From the NCBI GenBank assembly GCA_042584585.1, contig JBHOSQ010000001.1, positions 1 to 64,000 on the forward strand: a stretch of DNA of 64,000 nt, written 5' to 3'. The first letter of the stretch is position 1. Each line of letters begins with the position of its first letter. Source of the DNA: an archaeon (GTDB lineage: Archaea; B1Sed10-29; WALL01). The notes beneath the pieces were generated by a model, which was not told the origin of the DNA, did not search any database, and saw only the letters and a list, made by a program, of their open reading frames with translations. The translations under genes and the position numbers were made by a program. Below, piece by piece: positions 10,643 to 18,909 of this stretch.

Positions 10643-10716
10643 GGGAGCAATGAAATGCCCTATGAGTATTGAAGCCCTTCGGGACTGATGATATCAGACG
10701 GGCGGGTTGAGCTCCC
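10643..10716 (+). ncRNA. Box C/D guide sRNA (predicted targets 16S C1402 and pre-tRNA-Met C34)
   Basis: Terminal stem GGGAGC/GCTCCC; C-like AUGAAA; D' UUGA; C(UUCG)G spacer hairpin; C' CUGAUGA; D UUGA. Guide GACGGGCGG is complementary to 16S CCGCCCGUC. TATA-like TTAATA at 10615. Confidence 0.88.
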
Positions 10717-10720
10717 ACTC

Positions 10721-11062
10721 CTAACACGTTACGTTAAGCGCGTTTTTGTTGAAGAGCAGCTGGTGCTCTCCCTTCTCGAACGAGCCCCAGCACGTGATTA
10801 TTTGGTTTCTGTTTGCGATTAAGTAGTTGTTGCCGGAGTGGCATGTGACGTTTTCTCCGGCGACGGTGATGTTTCCAATGAATATCCTTTGGCGCTCGAG
10901 GCTGTGGATGGAGACGACCAGGCTGGAGTTTGTGCAGACCGCCTTGTAAGTGGCTTCGACATAGTCGACGTCAGTCTGTGAAGAGAGGGACATGAACAGG
11001 GCTGTGGCCCCGCCCGCCAAAAGGACGATGACTGCAATGGTAAAACCCATGTTGGACGCCAC
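10721..11062 (-). CDS. Small exported/pilin-like membrane protein
   Basis: N-terminal hydrophobic helix followed by a beta-rich Cys-containing domain; GTG start after GAGG. Confidence 0.6.
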   Translation of the reverse strand: MASNMGFTIAVIVLLAGGATALFMSLSSQTDVDYVEATYKAVCTNSSLVVSIHSLERQRIFIGNITVAGENVTCHSGNNYLIANRNQIITCWGSFEKGEHQLLFNKNALNVTC

Positions 11063-11077
11063 AGCGCCTCAACACCA

Positions 11078-11170
11078 TCACGGCTTATAAGCCTTTTTCA
11101 TAATCAGCCAAAACGACAGTAGCACGAGCACGAAAAACGAAATGATGGGAATCGTTTGTATCCAGTCCAT
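11078..11170 (-). CDS. Small membrane peptide (30 aa)
   Basis: MDWIQTIPIISFFVLVLLSFWLIMKKAYKP*; TTTTATTT ~25 nt upstream. Confidence 0.45.
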   Translation of the reverse strand: MDWIQTIPIISFFVLVLLSFWLIMKKAYKP

Positions 11171-11286
11171 GCCAAGGCATACGAACCAAGCAAATAAAAA
11201 CCCTTGCCACGATGAGGGGCCGCGCTCGGCGGCGGGCTGCTCGCGGTGTTCGCGTCGCTGTATTTCATGGGCTGCTTCAAAAAGTG

Positions 11287-11970
11287 CTAGAGGCTGCGCT
11301 TGGCGTCCCACTTCTGGAACGCCTTGTCGTACACGGATTTGTACATTTTTTGGAGTGCGCGGTTCAAGGGGTTCTTGAACTTTTTCTTGAACACGTCATC
11401 GTGCTCGTGAAACTGGTAGGCCGAATGCAGGTCCAAGTCACGGAACCGTATGTAGCTCCGGCCTGAGTCATCTTTCCCGATTTCCCATTGGCCCTCGCGA
11501 GTCATTACCATGTAGTTCGAGGGAAAAAACTCTATTTCCACGTCGTCGTGGGGCAGCATCAAAAGCGCTTTGCCGTGGCCCAAACCCTCAAACCGTGAGG
11601 GAATTTTAATGGCTTTCGCGAACGAAATCAGGAGGCCTGCCTTGTCGTTGCAGTTGCCACCCATCTCGTCAAGGACATCAAGGCCATCCTCGCACCACTT
11701 TTCTCCGGCAGGGCGGTCGCGCCAACCAATGTTCTTGTGCACCCAGTCCACAAGCGTGAGCACTGCCTCATGAGAATTTTTTATTTTGCTGTTAAGCGGT
11801 AAGTATTTTTCGACGACCTTGCCGTCCATGTTCCGCATGTAAAAGCTTTCTGTTGCACCAACGTGTTTTGTGTAGTCCGCGGCAGTGACACGCCGCTTGA
11901 TTGTTTTTATGTCTGCCTTTGGTATTGCGATAGGAATTCTTTTCTTGCCTGTAGTGATTGTCTTCACCAT
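11287..11970 (-). CDS. Transglutaminase-like cysteine protease domain protein
   Basis: LVDWVHKNI...GGNCNDKAGLLISFAKAIKIPSR...GHG matches the TGase-like core. Start set at MVKT using the upstream TATA. Confidence 0.75.
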   Translation of the reverse strand: MVKTITTGKKRIPIAIPKADIKTIKRRVTAADYTKHVGATESFYMRNMDGKVVEKYLPLNSKIKNSHEAVLTLVDWVHKNIGWRDRPAGEKWCEDGLDVLDEMGGNCNDKAGLLISFAKAIKIPSRFEGLGHGKALLMLPHDDVEIEFFPSNYMVMTREGQWEIGKDDSGRSYIRFRDLDLHSAYQFHEHDDVFKKKFKNPLNRALQKMYKSVYDKAFQKWDAKRSL

Positions 11971-12061
11971 ACAGTTGTTGTTATGGCGCCAAAGAATTAA
12001 AAAGCCCTCGTCCCCGAGTAACGCCTTCAACCGGTAACACTAACCTGTAATAAGAATAAAG

Positions 12062-12137
12062 GGCCGCGGCCGTGATTTGAACACGGGTTAGGCGGACCAC
12101 AACCACCCGTACTAGGCCAAGCTATACTACCGCAGCC
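12062..12137 (-). tRNA. tRNA-His(GUG), genome-encoded G-1, CCA not encoded
   Basis: G-GCTGCGG...GGTGG TT GTG GT CCGCC...CCGTG TTCAAAT CACGG CCGCGGC C cloverleaf. Confidence 0.95.
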
Positions 12138-12211
12138 ACACTAGAGATGGAGTTTTGTGGTTTTTAGTTTAAAAAGAAATGCCTCTGGGAGCACGATTGC
12201 CTTAATGGGAT

Positions 12212-12271
12212 GCCTCTGGGGGGTGCCGATTGGCACCCCCCAAGTCTAACGTGCCAGCTTAGTTTAAGCTG
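12212..12271. repeat. REP-like palindromic element, family 1 (two-hairpin form)
   Basis: GCCTCTGG-GGGGTGCCGATTGGCACCCC-CCAAGTCTAACGTGC-CAGCTTAGTTTAAGCTG; shares flanks with 54241-54293 and 35684-35719. Confidence 0.8.
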
Positions 12272-12273
12272 AA

Positions 12274-13035
12274 TTACATCCTCGTCTTTTTCTTGCCGAA
12301 GCTCTGGATCGCGTCCAATATTTCAACCGGAGTCACAAACACAACCGTGTTGCTCTGGTCGCTCGACAAGTCGTTCAGCGTCTGCAGCGTCCGCAAGTGC
12401 AAGCCACCAGGCGACTTCGCAAGAGTTTGCGCGGCCTTCGACATGTTCTCCGAAGCGATTACCTCGCCCTCCGCCTTGATAATCAAAGCACGCTTTTCCC
12501 TTTCGGTCTCGGCCTGTTTCATAATCGTGCGCTTCAGTTCCTGCGCAATCTCGATGTCCTGCAGCTTAATCTCGGTGACGTCAATTCCCCACGGGTCTGT
12601 TCCCTTGTCAACGATGTCCCGCAAGCGCGTCGCGATTTGGTCACGCTTGGACAACAAGTCGTCAAGCTCTACTTCACCAGCAACGTCACGCAAAGAAGTC
12701 TGGCCGTACCGCGAGACAGCGTAGTGATAGTCCTCAATGTTCAGGACCGCTTTCTCCGGGTCAAGCACACGGTAGTAAATCACCGCGTTTATTTTGACGG
12801 GAACGTTGTCCTTCGTCATTACTTCCTGTGAAGGAATGTCCAGCGTGCGAATCCGGGTGTCAAGCCGGCGCCACGACTGCAGCACTGGGATGATAACGTT
12901 AACGCCCGGCTCCATTATCCGGGAAAACTTGCCCAGCGTGAACAACACGCCGCGCTGGTACTGCATCACCACTTTCACGAAAGCGGAAATGAAGATTATG
13001 CCAAAAAACCCTAGAAATATTATTTCAAAAATCAC
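12274..13035 (-). CDS. SPFH/band 7 (stomatin-like) protein
   Basis: QEVMTKDNVPVKINAVIYYRV, QTSLRDV, DPWGIDV, QAETEREKRA. GTG start after GAGGTG. Confidence 0.95.
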   Translation of the reverse strand: MIFEIIFLGFFGIIFISAFVKVVMQYQRGVLFTLGKFSRIMEPGVNVIIPVLQSWRRLDTRIRTLDIPSQEVMTKDNVPVKINAVIYYRVLDPEKAVLNIEDYHYAVSRYGQTSLRDVAGEVELDDLLSKRDQIATRLRDIVDKGTDPWGIDVTEIKLQDIEIAQELKRTIMKQAETEREKRALIIKAEGEVIASENMSKAAQTLAKSPGGLHLRTLQTLNDLSSDQSNTVVFVTPVEILDAIQSFGKKKTRM

Positions 13036-13068
13036 CTTAGAACACCTCGACTGCATAACGCGGCGGAG

Positions 13069-14217
13069 CTATTTATTAGTTACGAAATGCTCGATGCGGT
13101 CCAGGGCAATGGAAAGCGTTTCCACGGGAGCGAGGACGACCATTCGGAAGTGGCCCTTGCCGTATTCCCCGAAACCTGAGCCGTGCACCACCAAAACGTG
13201 CTCCTGGTGCAATAAGTCAAGCACCCATTTCTTGTCGTCAGGGGTGTCGATTTTTGGGAAGGCGTAGAACGCCCCTTTCGGCTCCGTGCACTCCAACCCC
13301 ATTTCAGAGAAGCGCTTCAGCACGAAGTCGCGGCGCTCAACCAATCTTTTCTTGGTTTCCGCGATGTGGCCCTGCGGCCCGTCCAACGCGGCCTTGTAGC
13401 CCCACGCACACGGGGTGTTGACGCACAAGCGGTTGCGGGCGAGTGTGGCACAGGACTCGTAGATGTCGGGGCAGTTTCGGAAGGCCATTGACCCAACGCG
13501 CCAGCCCGGCGCCAAATAGTTCTTGCTGATTCCATTGAGGGTGATTACGGGAGTGTCCTTCACGAGCGAAGAAAGCGAGACCGATTCCTCGAAAGCCAAC
13601 AAGTCATAAATTTCGTCGCTAATGATTGGCAGGGAGTGCTCGCCCGCCAAGTCGATAATTGCCTGCAAAGTTTTTTTGGAATAAACTGCGCCGGTGGGGT
13701 TGTTGGGGTTGATGACAGCGAGGACGCTTGTCTTGCCGGTGATTTTTTTGCGGACGTCGTCGACGTCGGGCTGCCAGCCCTCTTCTTCGACGCAGGCGTA
13801 CTCCACAGGATTGCCGCCGCACAAGTTCGCGCGGGACATGTACTGGGGGTAATTGGGGCCGGGAACAAGGGCTTCGCCGCCCGGGGGCACTAGGCATGTG
13901 AACGAGAAGTGGACGCCTTCGCTCGCGCCCTGGGTAAGCAAATAGGAATCGGCTTCGGTTCCGTTCACGCGCTTGTCCCACGCGCGGAGTGATTCAAGCA
14001 CCGCTGCGTTGCCGTGGGAGTCACAGTAGCCATTTTTGCCGTTGTTGATTGCGTCACACGCGGCCTTGCGGATGTGCTCAGGGGTATCAAAGTCGTAGTG
14101 GTTGGGGTCGCCTATGTTAAGCTTGATTATTTTGTGGCCCTGGGCCTCCAGCTTCTTGGCGGGAAGCACGACATCGCGGATTGCGTATTTGAGGCCTTTG
14201 ACGCGGTCGGTAACCAT
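13069..14217 (-). CDS. PLP-dependent aminotransferase class I/II (alanine aminotransferase-like)
   Basis: KLNIGDP, INPNNPTG, SDEIY, NGISKNYLAPGWRVG. Confidence 0.92.
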   Translation of the reverse strand: MVTDRVKGLKYAIRDVVLPAKKLEAQGHKIIKLNIGDPNHYDFDTPEHIRKAACDAINNGKNGYCDSHGNAAVLESLRAWDKRVNGTEADSYLLTQGASEGVHFSFTCLVPPGGEALVPGPNYPQYMSRANLCGGNPVEYACVEEEGWQPDVDDVRKKITGKTSVLAVINPNNPTGAVYSKKTLQAIIDLAGEHSLPIISDEIYDLLAFEESVSLSSLVKDTPVITLNGISKNYLAPGWRVGSMAFRNCPDIYESCATLARNRLCVNTPCAWGYKAALDGPQGHIAETKKRLVERRDFVLKRFSEMGLECTEPKGAFYAFPKIDTPDDKKWVLDLLHQEHVLVVHGSGFGEYGKGHFRMVVLAPVETLSIALDRIEHFVTNK

Positions 14218-14257
14218 GTGGCTGCCATTACCGCTGCGGGTCATAAAAAGCTAACGG

Positions 14258-14530
14258 CTATACGAGAGTCGCCATGTGCCAAAAAATCCCGCCAATGAAA
14301 ATCATGCATATTGATGCGGCCACGGCGACGAACATGTTGGGGATTGGAATGGACTTTCTTTCCATCACGAGGAACGGGCCCAACAGAATGAACGCGGCGC
14401 CTAGGAACAAAAAGGCCAGTGCCATGTCGAGAATAATCAGCGCGTAGGAAAACGCGAACAAGAACGCGTAAAACACCACGGCCTGTTTCTTCAGCAACGC
14501 GGGAATCATATTTGGCACTACGAGGCGCAT
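14258..14530 (-). CDS. Small membrane protein (3 TM)
   Basis: Hydrophobic 90-aa ORF filling the gap. Confidence 0.6.
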   Translation of the reverse strand: MRLVVPNMIPALLKKQAVVFYAFLFAFSYALIILDMALAFLFLGAAFILLGPFLVMERKSIPIPNMFVAVAASICMIFIGGIFWHMATLV

Positions 14531-14552
14531 ATATTTAAAAACACCCCCTCCC

Positions 14553-15509
14553 TTGCCTAGTTTAGTGTTGTCTCTTGGTAACGGCGTGAGCTACGAAAAC
14601 AACGGAAGCCGCGTTTTGTTTGACCCCAGCCGGAAGGCTCGGGAAGGCCTAGTGTGTATCAGCCACGGCCACTCCGACCACGCCAAGAACCACGACACCA
14701 CAATGCTCATGACCCAAGAGACCATGGAAATCACGGGGCTCGAGGGCGAGGCGATTAAGTACGGAAAAGAAAAGCACGGGATTACCGCACACAACGCGGG
14801 CCACGTGCTCGGCTCCGCGCAGTTCGAGACCAACGGCATAGTGTACACCGGCGACTTGTTGACCGACAACCCGTTGCTCGGCGGAGCAGACCCGGTGCCG
14901 TGCGAAGAGTTGGTTATCGAAGCCACGTTCGGGCTGCCGGAATACGTTTTCCGCCCGAGGGAAGAAGTCATCGCCGAAATACAGTCATGGGTCAAGGCAA
15001 ACCACGACGCCGGGAGGACCGTGGTGCTCGGCGGATACTCGCTCGGTAAGGCCCAGGAGCTCACGAAAATCGCGTGTGGCGCCGGCTTCACGCCCTTGGT
15101 GCACCCCAAGATTGCGAGGGTGAACGAGGTCTACGAAAGCCACGGAGTGCGGCTGGGGGAATGGGTCGAAACCGGCACGGACGAAGGCAACGAGATGGCG
15201 CGGCACAGCTACGTCGCGGTGATGCCGTTCCACCAGGTCAAGCCCCCACTGATTGAGTCGTTGTCACACGACAGGAAAGTCGTTGCCGGGGTCGCGACGG
15301 GGTGGAGTTTCGGGAACAAGGCAGGCAAAGTATTCCAGTTAAGCGACCACGCGGACTTCCCGCATTTGCTGCGGTACGTCGAAGCCGCCGAGCCCAAGCG
15401 GATTTACACGGTGCACGGGTTTGAGAGCGAGTTCGCGAGGCAGCTGCAGCGGAGGGGATGGGCGGCGAGGCCGCTGAAGCACAGGCAAAAAACGCTTGGC
15501 GAGTGGTAA
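14553..15509 (+). CDS. MBL-fold beta-CASP nuclease
   Basis: SHGHSDH, AGHVLGSA, YTGD, EATFG, YSLGKAQEL, LSDHADF, VHG. Confidence 0.9.
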   Translation: MPSLVLSLGNGVSYENNGSRVLFDPSRKAREGLVCISHGHSDHAKNHDTTMLMTQETMEITGLEGEAIKYGKEKHGITAHNAGHVLGSAQFETNGIVYTGDLLTDNPLLGGADPVPCEELVIEATFGLPEYVFRPREEVIAEIQSWVKANHDAGRTVVLGGYSLGKAQELTKIACGAGFTPLVHPKIARVNEVYESHGVRLGEWVETGTDEGNEMARHSYVAVMPFHQVKPPLIESLSHDRKVVAGVATGWSFGNKAGKVFQLSDHADFPHLLRYVEAAEPKRIYTVHGFESEFARQLQRRGWAARPLKHRQKTLGEW

Positions 15510-15541
15510 ATTTATATACCCGTAATTCATAGGTGTTTTTC

Positions 15542-16033
15542 ATGACGCAATACAAGGAACAGGCCCATGTCCGCGACATCTCCAAGGAAGTGATTCTCCA
15601 CGCAATTGAAGCGATTTGCGCGGGAATGATCCAGGACGCGCGGTACAACTTCGGCAGAGAGGCGGGGTATTCTTCGCAGCTCCTGGTCAAGGAGGACGAA
15701 GGCTTAGTGTTCTGCGAAGTCAAGTTCATTCCGTATGACTACCGGTTCAGGTGGCTCGTCGAAAAAGAAAAAGACGGCTACCTCGTGACGTTCGTCGGCT
15801 CCACGCCCAACCCGTGGTTCGAGTTCCTGACGCGCCAAAGCGAAAAGCTCCGTGGCCTCGTGGACACGCAGTGGAGTGCGTTCGTCAACTTCGGCATCGG
15901 GTTCGTCACATGCAACTACTACTACAAAAACGTGCACAGCAAAGCAAAGACCAAGGCCCCGCGCGAGCACATCAAGAAAGCGGCGACTCGCGTCAAGAAA
16001 AGAAGCAGGCACAAAAAGACCAAGATTGACTGA
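15542..16033 (+). CDS. Hypothetical protein with basic C-terminus
   Basis: ORF with upstream TTTATATA; no motif recognised. Confidence 0.65.
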   Translation: MTQYKEQAHVRDISKEVILHAIEAICAGMIQDARYNFGREAGYSSQLLVKEDEGLVFCEVKFIPYDYRFRWLVEKEKDGYLVTFVGSTPNPWFEFLTRQSEKLRGLVDTQWSAFVNFGIGFVTCNYYYKNVHSKAKTKAPREHIKKAATRVKKRSRHKKTKID

Positions 16034-16090
16034 GCCAACATTAATTGGGTAGCCACTGCAACATACCTAGGCATAGCAACAGCAACATAC

Positions 16091-16118
16091 GGGGGAGCCG
16101 CCAGTTGGCGGCTCCCCC
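16091..16118. repeat. REP-like palindrome, family 1
   Basis: GGGGGAGCCGCCA GT TGGCGGCTCCCCC followed by AATC. Confidence 0.75.
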
Positions 16119-16160
16119 AATCAAACAGAGGTCAACCCAAATCAGGTGACTAGCGGCAGC

Positions 16161-16434
16161 AAAAAACAAGGGAGCCGGGAAGAGCGTTGGCCCTTCCCGG
16201 CGTTGCTTCCATGTGGATAATACCAGAGGCAGGAGACGTCTCTTAGGTTCTCCACTTACTTCCCGTTCGTTGCCTACTAGAGGAAGCCTCAGTACACCTC
16301 GCGTGGAAACACCCCGGCGGGAAATTTGAGCTTTGGCGAGGAAAGTATTTCTCGAACCTCTTTAAAGCAAGTTGGGTACAGCCAGTGGCTGGGGACCTAG
16401 CCTGCTGCCAAAGTTGCTCTTTCCCACCGGGGAC
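16161..16434 (-). ncRNA. Unassigned structured ncRNA candidate (~270 nt)
   Basis: TTTATATA promoter (16454-16461); 13-bp stem CCCCGGUGGGAAA/UUUCCCGCCGGGG; CUUUGGC/GCCAAAG; terminal hairpin then UUGUUUUUU. G-U pairs form only on the minus strand. Confidence 0.7.
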
Positions 16435-16521
16435 TGTACTTACGCTAACCAAATATATAAACCTATCGTGTAATAATGTTCAATAGTTTAGGAGTAATTG
16501 CAAGGACTGGACAGTTGTCCA

Positions 16522-17253
16522 CTATCTTTTGTGTGTTGCTTTGTATTTGATTGTTTGGTGTGGGCCCTGCACATACCGGTCTTTCATAATCTTGACCGGC
16601 AGCTTGCGGTATGCCTCTACTTTCTGAGGGCTCATCCCGATGTAGTCCGTAACCTTCGAGCCGTATTCTTTCTTGGCCTTGTTCCGCTCCTCGTCCGCTA
16701 CTTCTTTTGCCTGTATGGTTGCGGGGCCATGGACGGTCACGTCAATTCCGTTTTTGGCCAGAATCTTCGCGAGCTTATCCACACACGAGTCCAGGACCGT
16801 GCCGGCCAGAACAACTGAGCGCACTTTCTTTTTCTTAAGGAACGGCACGACTTCGTTGGCAATGCGGTCCAGGTCCATGAAAGGCTTAAGCGCCGCCTCC
16901 CCCTCGTCCATTCCCTTGACACACCGGTGCATTATGAACACCTGCTCGCCCGGCAGCTTCAAAAGGCTTGGAGGCTCTCCCGAAGCCACTCGCGAAACAT
17001 TGGAGCGCGTGTTGCTCACCAGTAATGGGTCGTCTATTTTTTCGGACTCGTGGTTCCTGTGGTGAATGGTAAGGACGGTGCTGTCCGCGAACTGTTCCTT
17101 CAAGCCGTTTATCTCGTTGGTCACCCGCATGAAGCCCGAGCCATTGCCCTGTTTCTTGAGGATGTTTTGGGCGTGCCTGTCGAAGTGCAGGACAATAAGG
17201 CCGTCCGCATCAATCGGGGTGTGGTGGTCCAAGAGACCGGTCTGTTTCACCAT
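16522..17253 (-). CDS. Cysteine hydrolase/isochorismatase-like protein (divergent)
   Basis: LIVLHFD...FLKKKKVRSVVLAGTVLDSCVDKLA. Confidence 0.6.
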   Translation of the reverse strand: MVKQTGLLDHHTPIDADGLIVLHFDRHAQNILKKQGNGSGFMRVTNEINGLKEQFADSTVLTIHHRNHESEKIDDPLLVSNTRSNVSRVASGEPPSLLKLPGEQVFIMHRCVKGMDEGEAALKPFMDLDRIANEVVPFLKKKKVRSVVLAGTVLDSCVDKLAKILAKNGIDVTVHGPATIQAKEVADEERNKAKKEYGSKVTDYIGMSPQKVEAYRKLPVKIMKDRYVQGPHQTIKYKATHKR

Positions 17254-17290
17254 CAACTAATTTATACCCGAACGGCTTTTAAAAAGCCTT

Positions 17291-17815
17291 ATGCGAAACG
17301 TGTTGATTGTACTTGCTGTACTACTGCTTGCCGGGTGTGCGGGCACGTCTGAAGAAGCGACTCCCACTCCCGCCGCTACCCCAGTGGCGACGCCGGTCGT
17401 GACGCCGGAGCCAACTGCGACCCCAACGCCTGAGCCCACGCCAATGCCGGCCGGGCACGACTGCTACGTTGATTACGATCACGAGCTGTCTGACGCAATC
17501 CGGATACAGGAGTGCTTCATGGAAGCAGGCGACCATGTGGAGTGTGTTTACTTCATGCTCAAGGGCGCCCGCGAAGCGGAAAAGACTGGCGAGACGCTCC
17601 AGGCCGGGTGGGCCATGAGGCTCTACTCAAAGGCGATTATCTGCGCCAAAGAAGCCGAACAGCACGAGAACGCGGCCCTCTTGCCGGAAAACATGGCTAA
17701 CACAATCAACGACTACTTCATGTGCTACCACGCCGACGCCGTGTGCGGCGCTACGACTGACGATGTAGACGAGATTCTTGTTGAGCTGGAAGAAGTAAGG
17801 CAGGACTTCGCGTAG
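17291..17815 (+). CDS. Lipoprotein with PT-rich linker
   Basis: MRNVLIVLAVLLLAGC lipobox; ATPTP repeats; helical Cys-containing domain. Confidence 0.8.
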   Translation: MRNVLIVLAVLLLAGCAGTSEEATPTPAATPVATPVVTPEPTATPTPEPTPMPAGHDCYVDYDHELSDAIRIQECFMEAGDHVECVYFMLKGAREAEKTGETLQAGWAMRLYSKAIICAKEAEQHENAALLPENMANTINDYFMCYHADAVCGATTDDVDEILVELEEVRQDFA

Positions 17816-17845
17816 AAAAAGCAAGTCGGCAGAAAAAGTAGGATT

Positions 17846-17873
17846 GGGGACTCCGCCAATTGGCGGAGTCCCC
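17846..17873. repeat. REP-like palindrome, family 1
   Basis: Perfect GGGGACTCCGCCAATTGGCGGAGTCCCC between convergent genes. Confidence 0.8.
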
Positions 17874-17902
17874 GGATTATCTTCGAAAAGTTTGATTACT
17901 TC

Positions 17903-18583
17903 TTAGCTGACGAAGTCAGCGATTATTTCGGTTGTAATCAGCAGTGCCTTTTCGACTTCATCTTCTGAGCGAGCGCCTGTGCAAATCACTTTGCCGTTCT
18001 TGAACAACAGCAGCGACGCCTTCACGCCATTGCCGTCCTTGGAAAGCTTCAGGATTGCTCCAGGGAATTGTTCTGGCTCGTACTCAATCGTGTCCACTTC
18101 GCGGGCGAGCGCGAACAAGTCGAGCTCTACGTTGAAGTTGGCCGAAGCGACCATGTTCACGATTTTGATGTTGTAAGGGTTATCACCAGTCGCGGGCTCT
18201 GGCGGGCGCGTCGGGACAATACGGTCGAACATGGGCCCGGTGCGCTTGACCTTCTTTTTGGCTGCCTTGCGGGGAGTTGCCTTCTTCACGGCCTTCTTCG
18301 CAGGCTTTTTCTTGACAACCTTTTTCTTGGCCACCTTTTTCTTGGTGACTTTTTTCACGGGCTTCTTCTTGATGACCTTTTTCTTCGTCACCTTCTTTTT
18401 GGTTGCCTTCTTCTTGACGGCCTTCTTTTTGACAACCTTTTTCTTGACAACCTTTCTCTTCGTTGCCTTCTTCTTGACCGTCTTCCTAGAAGTAGCCTTC
18501 TTCTTGACTGTCTTCTTTTTCACTGCCTTGCTCTTGGTCTTTTTAGCAGCAGTTTTCCTCGCGCGTTTAACAGTTTTGGCCAT
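17903..18583 (-). CDS. Single-repeat TBP-domain protein with histone H1/Hc2-like Lys-rich N-terminal tail
   Basis: About 113 aa of XXKKK pentapeptides, then one TBP repeat IVNMVAS...LDL...EYEPEQFPG...LLFKNGKVICTGARS, then stop. Confidence 0.9.
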   Translation of the reverse strand: MAKTVKRARKTAAKKTKSKAVKKKTVKKKATSRKTVKKKATKRKVVKKKVVKKKAVKKKATKKKVTKKKVIKKKPVKKVTKKKVAKKKVVKKKPAKKAVKKATPRKAAKKKVKRTGPMFDRIVPTRPPEPATGDNPYNIKIVNMVASANFNVELDLFALAREVDTIEYEPEQFPGAILKLSKDGNGVKASLLLFKNGKVICTGARSEDEVEKALLITTEIIADFVS

Positions 18584-18600
18584 AAGCCAATCACCTCACC

Positions 18601-18660
18601 CCATTTATAAATGGATTCATTTATAAAGGATTCGTTTTTAAAGGATAATCCTTTTAAAGC
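18601..18660. promoter_or_regulatory. Array of four TATA-like boxes (~16-bp period) in the divergent promoter
   Basis: CCATTTATAAATGG (perfect palindrome), CATTTATAAAGG, TTTTTAAAGG, CTTTTAAAG, with cores at 18604, 18620, ~18636 and 18652. Confidence 0.7.
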
Positions 18661-18690
18661 GCCACGGAAACAATACCCACGGTGTTTCAA

Positions 18691-18903
18691 ATGCCCGAAT
18701 TCGTTACTATTAAGGCGGAAGAAGTCAAATACGGCAACAACTTCATGGAAGTGTCGCGCAAAAAGGTTGACGACAACGAGTTCCTCATGATATCAAAGGG
18801 ATACTTTGCCCAGGACGGCTCAAAACGCTACAAGGGCGGCGTCGGCATCCCAGACCGCGATGAAGTCAAAAAGTTCCTATCGGAAAAGCTCTTACAAATG
18901 TGA
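18691..18903 (+). CDS. PC4/PurA-like small ssDNA-binding protein
   Basis: FMEVSRKKVDDNEFLMISKGYFAQDGSKRYKGGVGI resembles the PC4-fold beta pattern. Confidence 0.6.
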   Translation: MPEFVTIKAEEVKYGNNFMEVSRKKVDDNEFLMISKGYFAQDGSKRYKGGVGIPDRDEVKKFLSEKLLQM

Positions 18904-18909
18904 TGCTTA

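Noticed and set aside
11217-11290. Hydrophobic fragment GAALGGGLLAVFASLYFMGCFKKC* on the plus strand
   Set aside because: No start codon and preceded by a stop; at most a gene remnant.
16270-16345. RNase P RNA on the plus strand (GAGGAAGCCUCAG / UUGAGCUU)
   Set aside because: The putative P4 halves are only ~40 nt apart, there is no ACAGAA CR-V, and promoter and G-U polarity favour the minus strand.
18245-18570. CRISPR or tandem DNA repeat
   Set aside because: The ~15-nt periodicity is the coding XXKKK repeat; there are no unique spacers or cas genes.
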